Source: Heterodontus francisci | Taxonomy: Eukaryota | Length of the DNA: 64,000 bases | Direction: 5' to 3' | Assembly: GCF_036365525.1 (NCBI RefSeq) | Contig: NC_090376.1 | Coordinates: 104,019,924 to 104,083,923, forward strand | In this document: in pieces, positions 12,373-25,457 of the stretch | Position numbering within the stretch: position 1 is the stretch's first letter | Layout of the letters: the number at the start of each line of letters is the position of its first letter | Made by a program: the position numbers and the translations under genes | Notes under the pieces: generated by a model | The model's input: only the letters and a program-made list of their open reading frames with translations | Told to the model about the DNA's origin: nothing | Databases searched by the model: none

Positions 12373-14880
12373 TTACCGTGGTGGGCGTCCTCGACAGGTA
12401 TGGGGCTTGAGGGCTCCATCCGCCTGGGGGTCTCCAGCACTGGTGTAGGAGCAACCCCCTTGGGCTTGTCTGCAGGACGTACGAGGGTCAATGTCAGGGG
12501 GAGGGGAAGATAAGACACTCCTTACTCTAGGGGTGTCCTGAGAGGAAGGCCCCGGGGCAGCTGGCACATGCTCCTCCTCCATCTGGGTGCACGATGGCAT
12601 CTGCTTGTCTCCCTGAAGGGAAGGGGTACCCAGAGGGATGTCCAGGTTCCTCGTTGCCCTCTTGCTTAGACACCGCTGCATAGAGCTCATGGCTACAGCA
12701 ATGGAGTGCATGTCAGAGCACATATGGGACACGTGCTCAACCAGATTCACCTCAGGGCTTGCCTAACTCTCAAAAGAAGCAGCCATATGCTCATATGCCT
12801 GGGACATGACAGACATTACAGCTTGCATGGACTCCTCCATGGCACACGCAAAGCCACGCATGACCTCAGGCATCTCCAAGATACTTTCTCCACAATTTCG
12901 CTGCACTTCCAGCAGACTTCTTGGAGCCTCAAACAGAGGATCATTATCAGTGTGAAGCTGAGCAGGGGTCTGGTCGCCAGCAGACCTCTGATTGACAGGG
13001 GACCCAGCTGTAACATGCTCCCTCAACTGCTGGGCCATGTCTGTGTCATGTCCACCAGATTGCGACCCTGCTTATCTCCAAATCCCTGTGGACCATTTGG
13101 ATGTATCTGCACTAGGGAGGTGGAAGAAGAGGCAGGTGATGGTGCACCCTTGGGGGCATTGGCAGCATCATTCCCAGAGGTGTTGTTTTGGGTGTCACGG
13201 GGTTCTGTTGCTCGAGTGCAGGCACCTGCGGTGGAAAAACAGAGTGTCACACACACAACAAGTGGACTCTGAAGAGTTATAAAAAACTGACTTTGTCTTT
13301 TAAAAATTAACCTTTATTTTGAAAAGTGATCAAATGGCCGCTAAAGAGAAAAGCTTGGCCTTTGTGTATTCAAACTGTCTGACAAGGATGAAGGATAAAA
13401 CTTCAAAGCTAAGAGGTGTCAACTGAACCCATCCTACACCCGTCTTAAAACATTCCAAAATGACCTGGGCCATTTTGCAATCACCTTGGGGAAGAGACCA
13501 GACCGTTTCCCACGAGCAGGCAAGAAGTAACACAGCTTTAAAAAAAGACAGCTTAGAAAGACAGTAGCCAGAGAGAGAGAGAGAGAAGGTACATCCAGAA
13601 GCTTGTTTTCCAGCAAGCCAGAAGGCACATGCCCTGCTGTAGAATCCTGCATCTGCACTAGACAGCAGTGAACTAGAAGTGTCCCACAGTCTTCAACTGC
13701 ACTTTCAAATCAAGCGAGAAATCTACAATCATCTCAGGCCTGCATCCATTGAGAACTTGATTTCCAAGAGAATTCAGCAGGTTTATCATGACCTCCCCCC
13801 CACTAAAAATCACTTTCCCTCTTTTCCCCTCTCGACCTGTCTTTTCGTCTGTTTGTGTGTGTGTGTGCATGCGTGTATTCGTGCGTGTGCATACACAAAT
13901 GCTTGAATGCTTGAGTAAAAGCAGTTGCAAAAATTTCAGGATAAGGCGTATTGATTAATAAACAATTGATTTTCTTTTTTTTAAAATCAACAAGAAAACC
14001 TGTCGCTCTCTGTTTGTTCGAAAAATAAAGCAACAAGGGGTTAAACCCCAATATCAAAATACACTTGCTGCAGTAAGGTGAGGAGATGAACAGTGGGAAT
14101 CACCCAGATCACATCACGTGGCCGTAACAAAAGGCACATTAAGCATCATCACATCATGAGGTCAACACTTTTTCACACGTTCCTCCTGTGTTCACATATG
14201 GCTGCAACAGTAAATTTCATACTTCATTCTTGCGTCTGGACATCCTGCCTCGCTGTCTGCAATCACTCTACCTCCCTCCTCTCCAGCTGTCTCTGCTGCC
14301 TCCTCCTCTACTGGCATCAGGATTCTTATGTTCAGGCATTCCTCCACCTGTTTTGGTCCACTCCCTTTGGTTGTGGGATTGTTCTTCTGACAGGAGAAAG
14401 TGCAGATTTAATGGCATGTCAAATGATGCCTCACACTCATTGTCTAAATGCATCGATATTCGGAACGGTCAGTCGAACACTGCATCCAAGCACAAATATA
14501 TGCCAGACTTACACACTCTGCACAATCATTTGGTATACGGCACCAAGGCTGATCATGCATTCGAATGGATGCCACGACTGCCCACTGTCATAAACACAGT
14601 CTCACGGAAGCAAAGAGAAAAACACTTTTACAACATCGGAAACATCACCTACCCTTGCTTATCTGGGCATGTCATTGAGATGTTTCCGACACTGTAACCA
14701 GGTGCTACAAGGGACCCCACGGTTCGTACCTCCTCCGCCACATCCATCCAAGTCCCCTTGGTCAGGTGTGAGGGTCTTCTGAGTCCATCCCTTGGGAAGA
14801 GGACCTCCTGTCTTTCCCTGACAGCCTGGAGGAGAACCTGCAAGGAGGCATCACTCAACTGTGGGGCGTGATGCTGCCTG
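12373..14880 (-). pseudogene. Spliced Harbinger Myb/SANT-like DNA-binding protein pseudogene (three exons)
   Basis: Exon 1 ~14880-14653 (SDASLQVLLQAVRERQEVLFPRDG..WMDVAEEV; donor GTAGGT). Exon 2 from ~14386 (HNQREWTKTGGG). Exon 3 from 13225 (acceptor ttttccaccgcag). Confidence 0.75.
13275..14129 (+). repeat. Solo LTR in an intron of the Myb-like gene
   Basis: Ends gtaaca; imperfect 4-bp TSD gaag/aaag; (TG)n tract and AATAAA; architecture like the other LTRs in the window. Confidence 0.6.
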
Positions 14881-16796
14881 CCATTGGTGTGGGTGGTTAT
14901 GGCAGCAGAAGTTAAGTCTGAAGGGGAGTTGGTGCTGGGTGGGAGAGATTGCTGTGAATGAGGAAGGGTAAAACAAACTGTTATATTAATGATTATTTTC
15001 TGCTGATCCTGCATGCTTACGGAATTATTTATAACTATGCTGTTAATGATGCTTTGAGGATCAACGGTGGGTTCCACCAATGAAAATCCATGCCCGCCAC
15101 AGGAACAGTGATTTATATTTGTAATCATGGGGAAACGACAAAAGGGCGGTAGTGGAAGTGCTGTCAAGTTCCGATTCCGCTGTCAGGAACACCGCGAGAT
15201 GCATAAAATACCGTCTAATAACTCTGTTTCTCCTTTCACAGATGCTTCCAGACCTGCTGAGCATTTCCAACATTTTCTGTTTTTATATCAAAGGCGACTC
15301 ATGGGCATGTTCCAGGAAATGCTCGGTGCATCAGGCAGTCTGCCAACAAGCTTGCACGCAATGGCTCAGAGCACAGATGATTCCAGCTCCACTTTGTGTC
15401 AAGCCTTCATGCAGAGGTGATAATGTGATAAGATGTGATAATTTACAAAGATAGGAGAAGACAAGAGAGCAAGGTAGCAATAAGGGAATTAATAATCTGA
15501 GTGTGACAGGAAGGGAAGATTGGAAGGAAGCAAAACTGGTAATAGGAAGTCGAAAAGTAATAAGCAAATTTAGAAGACAGTCGGAGCGAAGGCAAGCATC
15601 AAATAGAATCAGAATGTGGAATAATGTTAAAGAGACAGAGTTAAGGGCATTCTATCTGAATGCATGCAGCATTTGCAACAAGGTAGATGATTTGAAGGCA
15701 CAAATAGAGGGAAATGGGTATGATTTAATTCTAATTACAGAAACGTTGTTACAGGGTGACAAAGACTGGGAACTGAATATTCAAGGACATTCGTCATTTA
15801 GGAAGGATAAGCAAAAAGGAAAAGGAGGTGGGGTTGCATTCATAAAAAGGGATGGGATCAGTACGTTAGTGAGAGAGGATCTTAGATCGAAGGAGCAAGA
15901 TGTAGAATCAATTTGGGTGGAGCTAAGAAACAGCAAGGGGCAGCAACCATTAGTGGGAGTTGTTTATGGGCCATCAAACAGTAGTAGTAATGTTAGGCAT
16001 GGCGTAAATCAGGAAATTAGAGGTGCATGTACCATGAGTACTATATTAACAATGGGCCATGTCAATTTACATATAGACTGGGTCAACCTAATGCTGTGGA
16101 AGATGAATGCCTGGAGGGTGTATGAGATGGGTTTCTGGAGCAGTATGTTGAAGAACCTACTAGGGATTTGGCTATTTTAGATTTAGTATTATGTAATGAG
16201 AAAGGGTGAATTAATAAACTTGTTGTAAAGGAGCCTTTGGGAAATAGTGGCCATAATATGACAGAATTTTATATTAAGTTTGAAAGTGCTATTGTTCATT
16301 CTGAAACTACGGTCTTAAATCTGAACAAAGGAAACTGGCAAGTTGGCTATGGTGGATTGGGAAAATACACTAAAAACATTTGACTGCAGATAGGCAATTG
16401 CTAGTATTTAAAAAAGTACTACATGGTCTGCAACAAATGTACATTCCTTTAAGACACAAAAACCCAACAGGAAAGATGAATCAACCGTGGCTAACAAAAG
16501 AAATTAAAAATTGCATTAGATCAAAGGAAGTGGCTATAAGGTTGCCAGAAAAAGTGGTAAGCTGGATGACTGGGAGCAATTTAGAATCCAGCAAAGGCTG
16601 ACGAGAGACTGATAAAGAAATGGAAAGAGAATATGAATGCAAGCTAGCAAGAAACATAAAGGTGGACTGTAAAAGCTTCTTTAGATATGTGAAAAGAAAA
16701 AGATTAGCAAGGACGAAAGCAGGTCCATTACAGGCGGAGACAGGAGAATTTATAATGGAGAATAGGGAAATGGTGGGGAAACTGAACAATTACTTT

Positions 16797-17591
16797 AGCC
16801 CCTTCGCCGTCGGGAAAGGTGCCAGGGCGGCAATGAAGATTGGTACAGCAGAGGCCCGCCACCGACTTCAATGGCAGCAGGCCCCGTACCGATCACGGCG
16901 GTAAGGCCTTTTTGCCCCCACCCCGCTGCTTGGTGATGGGACCCGCATTAAAATATGTAAATGCCTACTTACCATTCGTCCCGCAGCAATTTTGCCATCA
17001 CATTGCCATCTTCATTCTTGCTGCTGACAGTGCCTTGCCTTCGAATCCCCGGGCAAGGAAACGTGGCACGACACCTGTGGGAGGCAGGGGGGTGGAGGAG
17101 GTTTTTTCCCTCTGTGCAACGGGGGCAGTGGGGCTACAAGGCCTCAGATTGGTTGAGGTTTGATGGGAAGGGGTAAAGGACAAAGGTACCGAACTTTGGG
17201 GGATGGGGGATGGGGGGGGTGGGGGCAGGAGTGTTATTCAATGCCATGGTGGGGGGGGGGGGTGAGGGGAGAAAGAGAATGCCTGGAAAGCTCACTGCAT
17301 TTCTTTGAGCAAAACCTTCACTTAATTTGTCGTTTAAATTTTAAATGTTCATTCAGGGCTGACAGCCCTTTAGAAATGGCACCGGCGCCTGCACATTGAC
17401 ACCGGACATTGCTGCCGGGTAATGGCTCACCCGCCCCCTCCACGTCATCGTGGAAGGTGTGTGCCATGGTCATGCAAATGAGTCTCCGCATTTGAAATCG
17501 TGGCGGCTCTATGACGTAGTGCCTGTGCGGGTGGGCCGCATTTTGTTACATCCGCCACCTACTTCGGCGGCAGAGTCTTAAAATGCCGCCC
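16797..17591. mobile_element. Harbinger-type non-autonomous element
   Basis: Right TIR aaaatgccgccc; TTT on both flanks; host CR1 resumes directly after it. Confidence 0.6.
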
Positions 17592-17644
17592 TTTGTGTCA
17601 GTCTTCATGGAGAAAGATACTCAAAATCTCCCAGAGATATAAGA

Positions 17645-18745
17645 TTCCCCGCTCTGTGGTTGACAGGGCCATCAACCGTGTCCAACCCATTTCCTGCATT
17701 TCTGCCCTCACCCCTTCCCCTCCCTCCCAGAACTGTGACAGAGTTCCCCTTGGCCTCGCTTTCCACCCCACCAGCCTCCACACCCAAAGGATCATCCTCT
17801 GCCATTTCCGCCACCTCCAGCATGATGCCACCACCAAACATATCTTTCCCTCCCCTCCCCTGTCAGCATTCCAAAGGGACCATTCCCTCCGCGACACCCT
17901 GGTCCACTCCTCCAATACCCCTGAGACCTCGTCCATTTCCCACAGAACCTTCCCATTCAATCGCAGGAGGTGTAACACCTACCCTTTTACCTCCTCTCTC
18001 CTCACCATCCAAGGCCCCAAACTCTGCTTTCAGGTGAAGCAGCGATTTACTTGCACTTCTTTCAATTTAGTATACTGTATTCGCTGCTCATAATGCGCTC
18101 CTCTACACTGGGGAGACCAAACGCAGACTGGGTGACCACTTTGCAGAATATCTCCACTCGGTCCGCAAGCATGATCCCGAGTTTTTGGATTCTTGCCATT
18201 TTACTTCACCACCTTGTTTCCATGCCCACATTTCGGTCCTCAGCCTGCTGCTATGTTCCAGTGAACATCAACGCAAGCTCGAGGAACAGCATCTCATTTT
18301 CCAATTTCAGCCTTCTGGATTGAGTTCAATAATTTCAGGCCATGAGCCCTATTATTTTTTGTTTTTTTATTTATTTTTATATATATATTTATTTTCTTTT
18401 TAATGATTTATTTTTTATCACATGCTAGTCTTAAACTTATTTTTCTTGTTTTTGCTTTTGTACAGAGCTGTTTATTATTCTGTCATTACCACTCTCTCTG
18501 GACTCATGCTTTGTCTTTCGCTACAACTGTTTAGCACTCCATTTGCATTCTATTCCATGACATCTGTGATTAAATCTCTCCCCCCTCCGTCCTATCACAG
18601 TCCTTCCTTCTTGATCTTCTTCCCACAGCCAACCACCCCCCCCACCTTTCACCTGCTCAAAGACTGTTACATTTCTAACTTTTGCCAGTTCTGATGAAGG
18701 GTCACAGACCTGAAACTTTAACTGTTTCTTTCTGCACAGATGCGG
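17645..18745 (+). mobile_element. Penelope-like element 3' part (RT thumb/linker, GIY-YIG endonuclease, pLTR with hammerhead motif), Neptune-type
   Basis: DRVPLGLAFHP..SLRDTLVHS..RRRCNTYPF linker; FTCTSFNLVYCIRCS*CALLYTGETKRRLGDHFAE is a GIY-YIG domain. Confidence 0.88.
18687..18723 (+). ncRNA. Minimal type I hammerhead ribozyme motif (Penelope pLTR)
   Basis: agtt-CTGATGA-agggtc aca gacct-GAAAC-ttt-aact: stem I, core and stem II are present; the stem III palindrome is mutated in this copy. Confidence 0.7.
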
Positions 18746-18800
18746 TACAGAGGGATCTGGGTGTCCTGGTACGTGAATCACAAAACTATAGAATGCAGGT

Positions 18801-20523
18801 TGCTATGAGTGCTTCTATATCTTTTAAGTTTTTTTTGAGGACTCGTATTTTAGAGCTAGACATTGGTTTATTCTGGGAAAACTGAAAAGACTCCACGGGC
18901 TGAATTTTATTAGTGTGCTGCACATTACTGTGGCACACATTGAAATATTACACGCAGGGGCTCATTTAAATATAGGGGGCGGAGCAGCTGCCCCCGATGA
19001 CATAGAGGAGGTGGCCGCCACATCCCCAGCAATGCCAACCGGCGCCGCCTCGTAGGCGCCAGCGCCATTTTTAAAGGGCTTCAAGCCCTTCATGAGAGAT
19101 TTAAATATTTAAAGGTGCCAGTTGATAAATATTTCAATAAAAATTTAATTTAACTTTGAATCCCCTCTCCCATCCCCCCAATGAGCACGCAAAACATAAA
19201 TTGACATATGCACCGAAAAAAACTTTTTGAAATTCTGAACTCTCTCCCCACCCCCCTGACCGAAGTTCAGCATCTTTGACCCTCAACCCTTTCTCACCAT
19301 CCCTACTCCAATAGGAATAGTTTTCCCCCGCTCCCCCATCCCACCCTGATAATTTTAGTCCTCCCACCTCCCCATCAGTGTCTCGCCTCAGAACTCCGCA
19401 AGATGCGGCCGGCACCTATAATATTGCCATGGGACAGCCGACCGGTCCAGTTAAGTTCATTACCGTTTATTTTAATGCATTTTAATTATTTAAATGAAGG
19501 CCCCGTCGCTTGGTGGTGGGGAGGCTGTACCTCCGCTGGTAATATGCAGCATGTCCTTCTTGGCATCATGGGTCGTGGTGGGCCACTCCTGCTAGCATTT
19601 TACGGGCCTCCCTGCCATGAGCCACGGCATTGAGGGGCTGGTAAAAATCCAGCCCCATGGATTAGTTTTTAAACCAGAGTCGCTGAGAGGTCTGGCTTTG
19701 AAAACAAAGAGTTACTGGAAGGCACCTGTTTTCAAATAATTACCTCGGTCAAGATTTATTGAGGTCAGGAGGCTTGTCTCTTGTGACACTATTTATGGTT
19801 TTGCTTTTAACCCTGAGTTGGGAAATGGGCAATTGTTTGAAGAGACAGTGGAGAAAACATGCCAGGAAGAACAAACCACCCCAACTCAGTTTGTTCCAGC
19901 AGTTTGGAAAAAGCCTGCCAGTTTTCCATCACTCGAGGAGCTAAAAAGCAGACTGAAAATTTGGCTGCATTCCTCCTGTAAGGCCTGTGTCTGAAACCTC
20001 TATTGCTGCATTTCCTGGAAGTCTACTGAAACTGATAGTCAACATCGCCTGAAAAGAACTGTTTTAGGAAGATACTAGTGACAGCCATCTATACGTATTT
20101 GGGACACCAAACCAAAAAAGGACATCTTTCCATATCTTCTCTTTCTTCAAGAATTAGCAAGTATTTAACCCAAGGGTTTTTTTTTGTGGTTTTTTTTGTA
20201 ATAGAGCACTAAAATGAAAATCCCTGTATTTTTCCGGTTAACCAGTGTATGTGTGAGAGTGTGAAAGGGCAATTTAAAAAGGGAACTTTAATATTTCAAT
20301 CTGTGTGTTTATGCTTTACTTCATTACTGGTTAGGACTTATTTTATAATAAACTTATATTGTTTGTTTATTAAAGAAACCTGGTTGGTGTGTTTTATTCT
20401 GGGATAAAAATAGAGTCTATGATTGACCGTATCGGTAAGTGGGAAAAAATTTAAATATATGTTGTGACCCGTGGAAAAGTGGAACCAGAATAAATAGTTC
20501 ACTCCTCCTGCCTCAACGTAACA
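18801..20523 (+). repeat. Solo LTR interrupted by a MITE
   Basis: tgctat...gtaaca with 4-bp TSD AGGT (18797-18800, 20524-20527) inside CR1 ORF2. Confidence 0.8.
18897..19655. mobile_element. Harbinger-type MITE
   Basis: TIRs GGGCTGAATTTT / AAAATCCAGCCC; 3-bp flanks cac/cat. Confidence 0.8.
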
Positions 20524-22519
20524 AGGTACAGCAAGTGACTAGGAAGGCAAATGGAATGTGGTCGCTTATTACAAGGAGAATAATAAATAAAAGTAAGGAA
20601 GTTTTTCTACAGCTGTACAGGGCCTTAATGAAACCACATCTGGAGCACTGTGTACAGTTCTGGACTCATTACATAAGAAAGGATAAAACTGCATTAGATG
20701 CAGTTCAGAGAATGTTCACTCAACTGAATCCTGGGATGAAGGGGTTATCTTACGAGGAACGGTTGAGCAGGTTGGGCCTATACCCATTGGAGTTTAGGAG
20801 AATGAGATGTGATCTTATTGAAGCACATATGATTATGAGGGGACTTGACAGGGTGGATACTGGAAGGATGTTTCCATTTATGAGCGAGACTAGAACTAGG
20901 GGACGCTGTTTAAAAATAAGGGCTCTCGCATTTAAGAGAGAGATGAGAAGAATTTTCTTTTTCTCTCTAAGGGTTATTAGTCTGTGGAATTCACTTCCTC
21001 AGAGAGCGGTAGAGGCTGGGTCATTGGATACTTTCAAGGCTGTGTTAGATTCTTGATAGACAAGGGAGTCAAGCGTTATGGGGGGCAGACAGGAAAGTGG
21101 AGTTGAGGCCACATTCAGATCAGCCATGATCTTACCAAATGGCAAAGCAGGCTCACAGGGCTGAATGGCCTACTCCTGCTCCTAATTCGTATGTTTGTAT
21201 GCTCATATTTGCTAGTTTCATGATTTTGAACACCTTTATCAACTCTCCCTGAACCATTTCTGTTCTATGGAGAAAAAACCCCCAGCTTCTTTTGTCTCTC
21301 CATGTAACTGAGGTCCTGCATCCCTGGTACCATTCTGCTCTGCACCATCTCTGAGGCCTTGGCATCCTTCCAGAATTGGGCACAATGGGCCCAATAATAA
21401 TGCAGAGGCGAATAGCGAGGAGGGGTATGGTATTAGCAGTTGGGAAACCCGAAAGAAGTTTGGGCACATGAACATGCCCAATTTCCACACGGATAGCTGA
21501 TTATCATATTACTTCTAGGTTTTGCACCTTCGATATGTGTCAACAGACATGATGCACCAATGGATGAGGCAATCTCAACTCAACTGTTTAAAAATCCAAT
21601 TCAAAGATGGAACTTGGAGGATTAGGAAGTATTTGGAAAGAGACTGTAATGTTAGAACATGGATTCAGTATGTTCAAAGGTTGCACACCTTTTCAACAGC
21701 ACCTCACTTAATTGCTACTGTGCGGACCAAGGAACAGGAAGGAGGTAATCTTCCACAGCAAAGCCAGGAAGAAACCTGCTGCTGTTATCAAGAAGGTATG
21801 GTTAGAGGTGGCTGGAGAGGCCAGCAGCAGAAGTATTGTGCCCCAGATCTGGATCCATTGCAGAAAGTGGATTATGGCCTAATCAGGTCAGGAAAGGTGA
21901 GTATATTTGCAGATTCACCTACATTCTGTAAGGCACAAAAGCAAAATATTGAAGGTGCTGTAAATCCGAAATAAGATCAGAAAATTCCAGAAATATTCAG
22001 GTCAGGCAGTATCTATCGAGAGAGAAACTGAGTTAATGTTTAAGGTCGAGATAACTTGTTGTCAGAAAGTCATCACTGTTCTGATGTTAAATCATTGACC
22101 TGATGGTTGCCGGCCAACAGCATCCCAATAGTTGGAACAAGGATCTGAGAAGCCTTCCTCAACCTCTGCTAGAGCCACAGAGTTTGCACCACATAGGAGC
22201 AGTAGGAAACAGAAACAATAAGCATTGTAATTCATGAAGGGTATGCACAAGTTTGTTTGTGAAAATATTATACTCTTAAGTTTCCTTTTATTCCACAAAT
22301 TTATTAACTTACACCACTTTTCTATGTTGCTGGGTGTCAATTCACCTTTTTAGTTGCTTGTTGATGAATGTGAAGGCATGAATTGATGAGGATCAATAGG
22401 GCAGTGGACAATGAGCAGACAGCAGTTACAGCACTGCTTTGTATCAGTGGGGTGACAGGCAGAGGGGCCAGGGATGTGATTGTTACTTTGGTTCAGCATG
22501 AGTAACTGAACCTTCCAGT

Positions 22520-24200
22520 TCTGAGGGAAGCCCTGGTATCCTGAGCATTGCGTGTCCCACCTTTATCTCCTTCCTCCTATTCATCCTCCTCTTCATTTGA
22601 ATCTTCATCAGATAAAGAGTGATAAGTATCTTATTTCTCCTCCACCTCTAGTTTTCACTGCTGTACTTTGTTGTGCAGAATGCAGCACATCATGATTACA
22701 CAGGAGACCTTTGCAGGTGAATACTGAACGGGACGTCCAGACCTGTCCAGACACCTGAAGTGGATCTTCAGCATGCCGATGGCTTGCTCAGTGACACATT
22801 TGGTAGTCATATGGCTGTTGTAGCACTCTTGACATTCATTGATGGGGTTCCTCAAAGGTGTTGTAAGACTGAGAGACTATTTGCTGCTTGACAAAAAGAG
22901 ACTTGACCAATTTATCCATCATGCTCTGCAGTTCAGTTGAACTAAAGTCTGAGTGCGTTTGCAAAACAAGGAGGTCAGCGAGAACAAACTGTGAATACGT
23001 CTACCAGATCTCAGGAGATTGAACCAATTGCCAAGAGTTGCAAACAAAAGCCTACGTGACAGACCTGGGGCACCTGGAGCGTTGCTCGGGCTTGGGGATC
23101 AGACTCCGAGAACTGTTGCATGAGCATGGAACAAGTGGATGTGTCAAACAATCATTGCTGAAGCCCCTTCCTCACCCCATTGTTTAACTGTATATAAGCC
23201 TGAAGAACCCCGAGTAACCTTGCTACAGTTAAAGGAAAGAGTGACCTGGTCAGTCACTGAGAAGACTACAATCAACATGGGCTTGTCCTCTCACCGGCGA
23301 TAGTATATATACTGTCTGTGTATCTGTTTAATGAATAAAGAGTTTGTTAATTGCCAATAATGTACTTCAACTATAAGCTACACTAAATCTTGACAGTGTA
23401 ACTTATGGTGGAAGTACATTAAGTTTTGACAGTGTAACTTATAGTTGAAGTACATCCAAATAAATCATTGTGGTTTGACTTCTGTCTGACTGGTTTAGTT
23501 GTGTCCTTAGTAAACCTTGTGTCCGAACTGAGTAACAAGTATGGGTTACAGTGTCATCAGTCAGGTTTTAAGTGGGTATCTTTTGTCACCTAGCAGGCAC
23601 CCCGTTGGGGTTCTACGAAGTTTGATCCTGGCAGGGATGTTGGTTTTCTGCATTATGAAAGTATCATGAGAGCGCCTAGGCAATCTAGCACAGACCTGCA
23701 TGAAACTTTTCTTGTGGTCACAGACTAACTGAACATTGATGGAATGAAACTGTTTACAAACAGTCCTGACTGATCTGGATTTGCTTGAATAGCTATGTGC
23801 GCACAATCGATGGCACCCTGTACCCGTGAGAAGCTAGTAAGAATCCAAGTGCCCATTCATGTTGGCTGTGGTCAAAGGGGAAGCCCTGGTAAGCAATCTA
23901 TCCACCACCTGCCTTATGTATTTATGTGCAGCAAACTATGAGACCCTCACTTTGTCTTGGTAGAGCCCTGGAAAGAAACAGAGGCAAAGAAATTTAGGGT
24001 GGTGGCAACTTTCACAACCACTGGTAATGTGTGGCTACAGATCCTGCTGGGAGCAGGTATTCTTCTCAAGGCTGCAGATATCTGCGATACCTGATGTAAT
24101 AGTCTCAGCCTCCTGAAGAATTGCTCTGTCCAGAAGAACTTCTGTCTGTACACCTTGTTAGGCTAGTAGTACCTCCTGAAAACTCAACTGCTCTGTTGGT
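22520..24200 (-). pseudogene. Harbinger DDE transposase (HARBI1-like) pseudogene split by a solo LTR
   Basis: TLNFFASVSFQGS, FHSINVQLVCDH, SHDTFI, LLGDKRYPL, EQAIGMLKIHFRCLD and CCILHN motifs. Confidence 0.88.
22862..23550 (+). repeat. Solo LTR
   Basis: TGTAA...TTACA termini, 4-bp TSD GTGT, TATA-like tatataag at ~23192 and AATAAA downstream. Confidence 0.88.
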
Positions 24201-24791
24201 CCCTCTCTGATGTCCACCTCTTGCTCCCTCCACAGCAGGCACTTACTGCTGCTGCTGACTCCCTTCTTCGTTTGAAGTCCAACTAAAACAGCCATGATAC
24301 CACACATGTTGATGTTGTGTGTGTGAAGACCTCTGAACTGCACAAGTAAGTCTCTCACAACAAGTACTCTCACAAAACCAATTCCCAAAGGGAACTGTGA
24401 AAGCAGCTGTGAACACACCATTTTTATTATCTCAGCACTGCTGACCTTTCACTAGCTCAATCTCACCTCCATTTTAATAGCAAGTTTCCCAACATGTGCA
24501 GGAGGCATTAATCCAATTGCAGTGAAAATTGCATGTATTGACCCTAATTTAAATAGTAAAATCACGAACCTGCCTCTCCAGAGGGGATTACTTGCTATAC
24601 CTACACTCACTATGGTTTAATAGAAAATAGCCGGGTTGTGCTTGCTTTTTAGAATTTTGCTAATTTAATGCCCTCCCCCCCCCCACCCTGCCCATCACAA
24701 GAGATTTAAAATTTCCCCCAATATTCCAGTTCAGGCCTAACCAGTGATTTATAAAAGGTGAAGCAATATCTTCTGTGCTTTTGTACTCTAT

Positions 24792-25457
24792 GGTAATAAT
24801 TTCAACTCCCTCATGATTGGCAGGAGAGGATTGGGGAGTTGGGGGTGGGGCGGGGGGGTGGGGGGGTGGGGTGCAAGAGTTTTAAATCATTAAATTTGCA
24901 AAATCAAAACCCAACCCTCCATGAATGCATCTGCTTCTATTTTAAGCATGAAGGGTTTTGGGATGTCCAAATAATCTGCTTGAGAGAGGCGGGTTCATCA
25001 TTATAGTATTCAAATGAGTCTCTGATCCTGATATTTTGGCAATGATTTAAATTTAATGCCTCTTGCCCAAGTTTCCCAGGGTTCATGAAACCCAATGGCT
25101 AAAGGGAAGCAAGACAAGACAGAACCAGCAGTAAAGGGCCTTTAAAAAAAAAATCACAGCTGTGGGCAAGGAGAAAGAGTACTCCCCCCACCCTCTCAAG
25201 CAAATCTTCTGCGATCACTGACGCATCCAACCCATCCCTCAAATTTGCAATCCCTCTTGGCTCTCCCTCTCCCATTTATCAACCACCCCCCGATTTCTCC
25301 AAACTCAGGACCTCATCTGGTCCCATTTCCCCTCGTTTGCCAATCCTCCTCCCCTGCATCAGCCCCACGTTAAATTCGGCAGGTCACTCATTTTCCCAGG
25401 CTTTATGGATTTCCCTTCATCAAACATGTTCCCCAGCTCCCCGTAAATATTGTAGTC
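24792..25457. mobile_element. Non-autonomous DNA element (Harbinger-like), degenerate
   Basis: Interrupts CR1 with a ~3-bp duplication; similar to 63570-64000. Confidence 0.5.

Larger units (their letters stand above)
9790..15216. mobile_element. Degenerate PIF/Harbinger transposon 1 (convergent nuclease and Myb/SANT genes); left end uncertain
   Basis: HARBI1-like nuclease on +, Myb-like gene on -. TIR-like taaaataccgtc at ~15204-15215. Confidence 0.75.
15418..21200 (+). mobile_element. CR1 LINE remnant (APE endonuclease to 3' UTR) split by a MITE, a Penelope element and a solo LTR
   Basis: ORF 15503-16180 is APE-like (YLNACSI, ITETLL, KGGGVA). ORF2 C-terminus 20524-21056; 3' UTR to ~21200. 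Confidence 0.8.
21387..24719. mobile_element. Degenerate PIF/Harbinger transposon 2
   Basis: TSD AAT (21384-21386, 24720-24722); GGG.../...aaaatttccccc ends. Myb exon on + (~21690-21896, donor GTGAGT) and nuclease on - (~22520-24300). Confidence 0.8.

Noticed and set aside
23360-23455. CRISPR-like spaced repeats
   Set aside because: Only two direct copies and one inverted copy, inside a eukaryotic LTR, with no cas genes.
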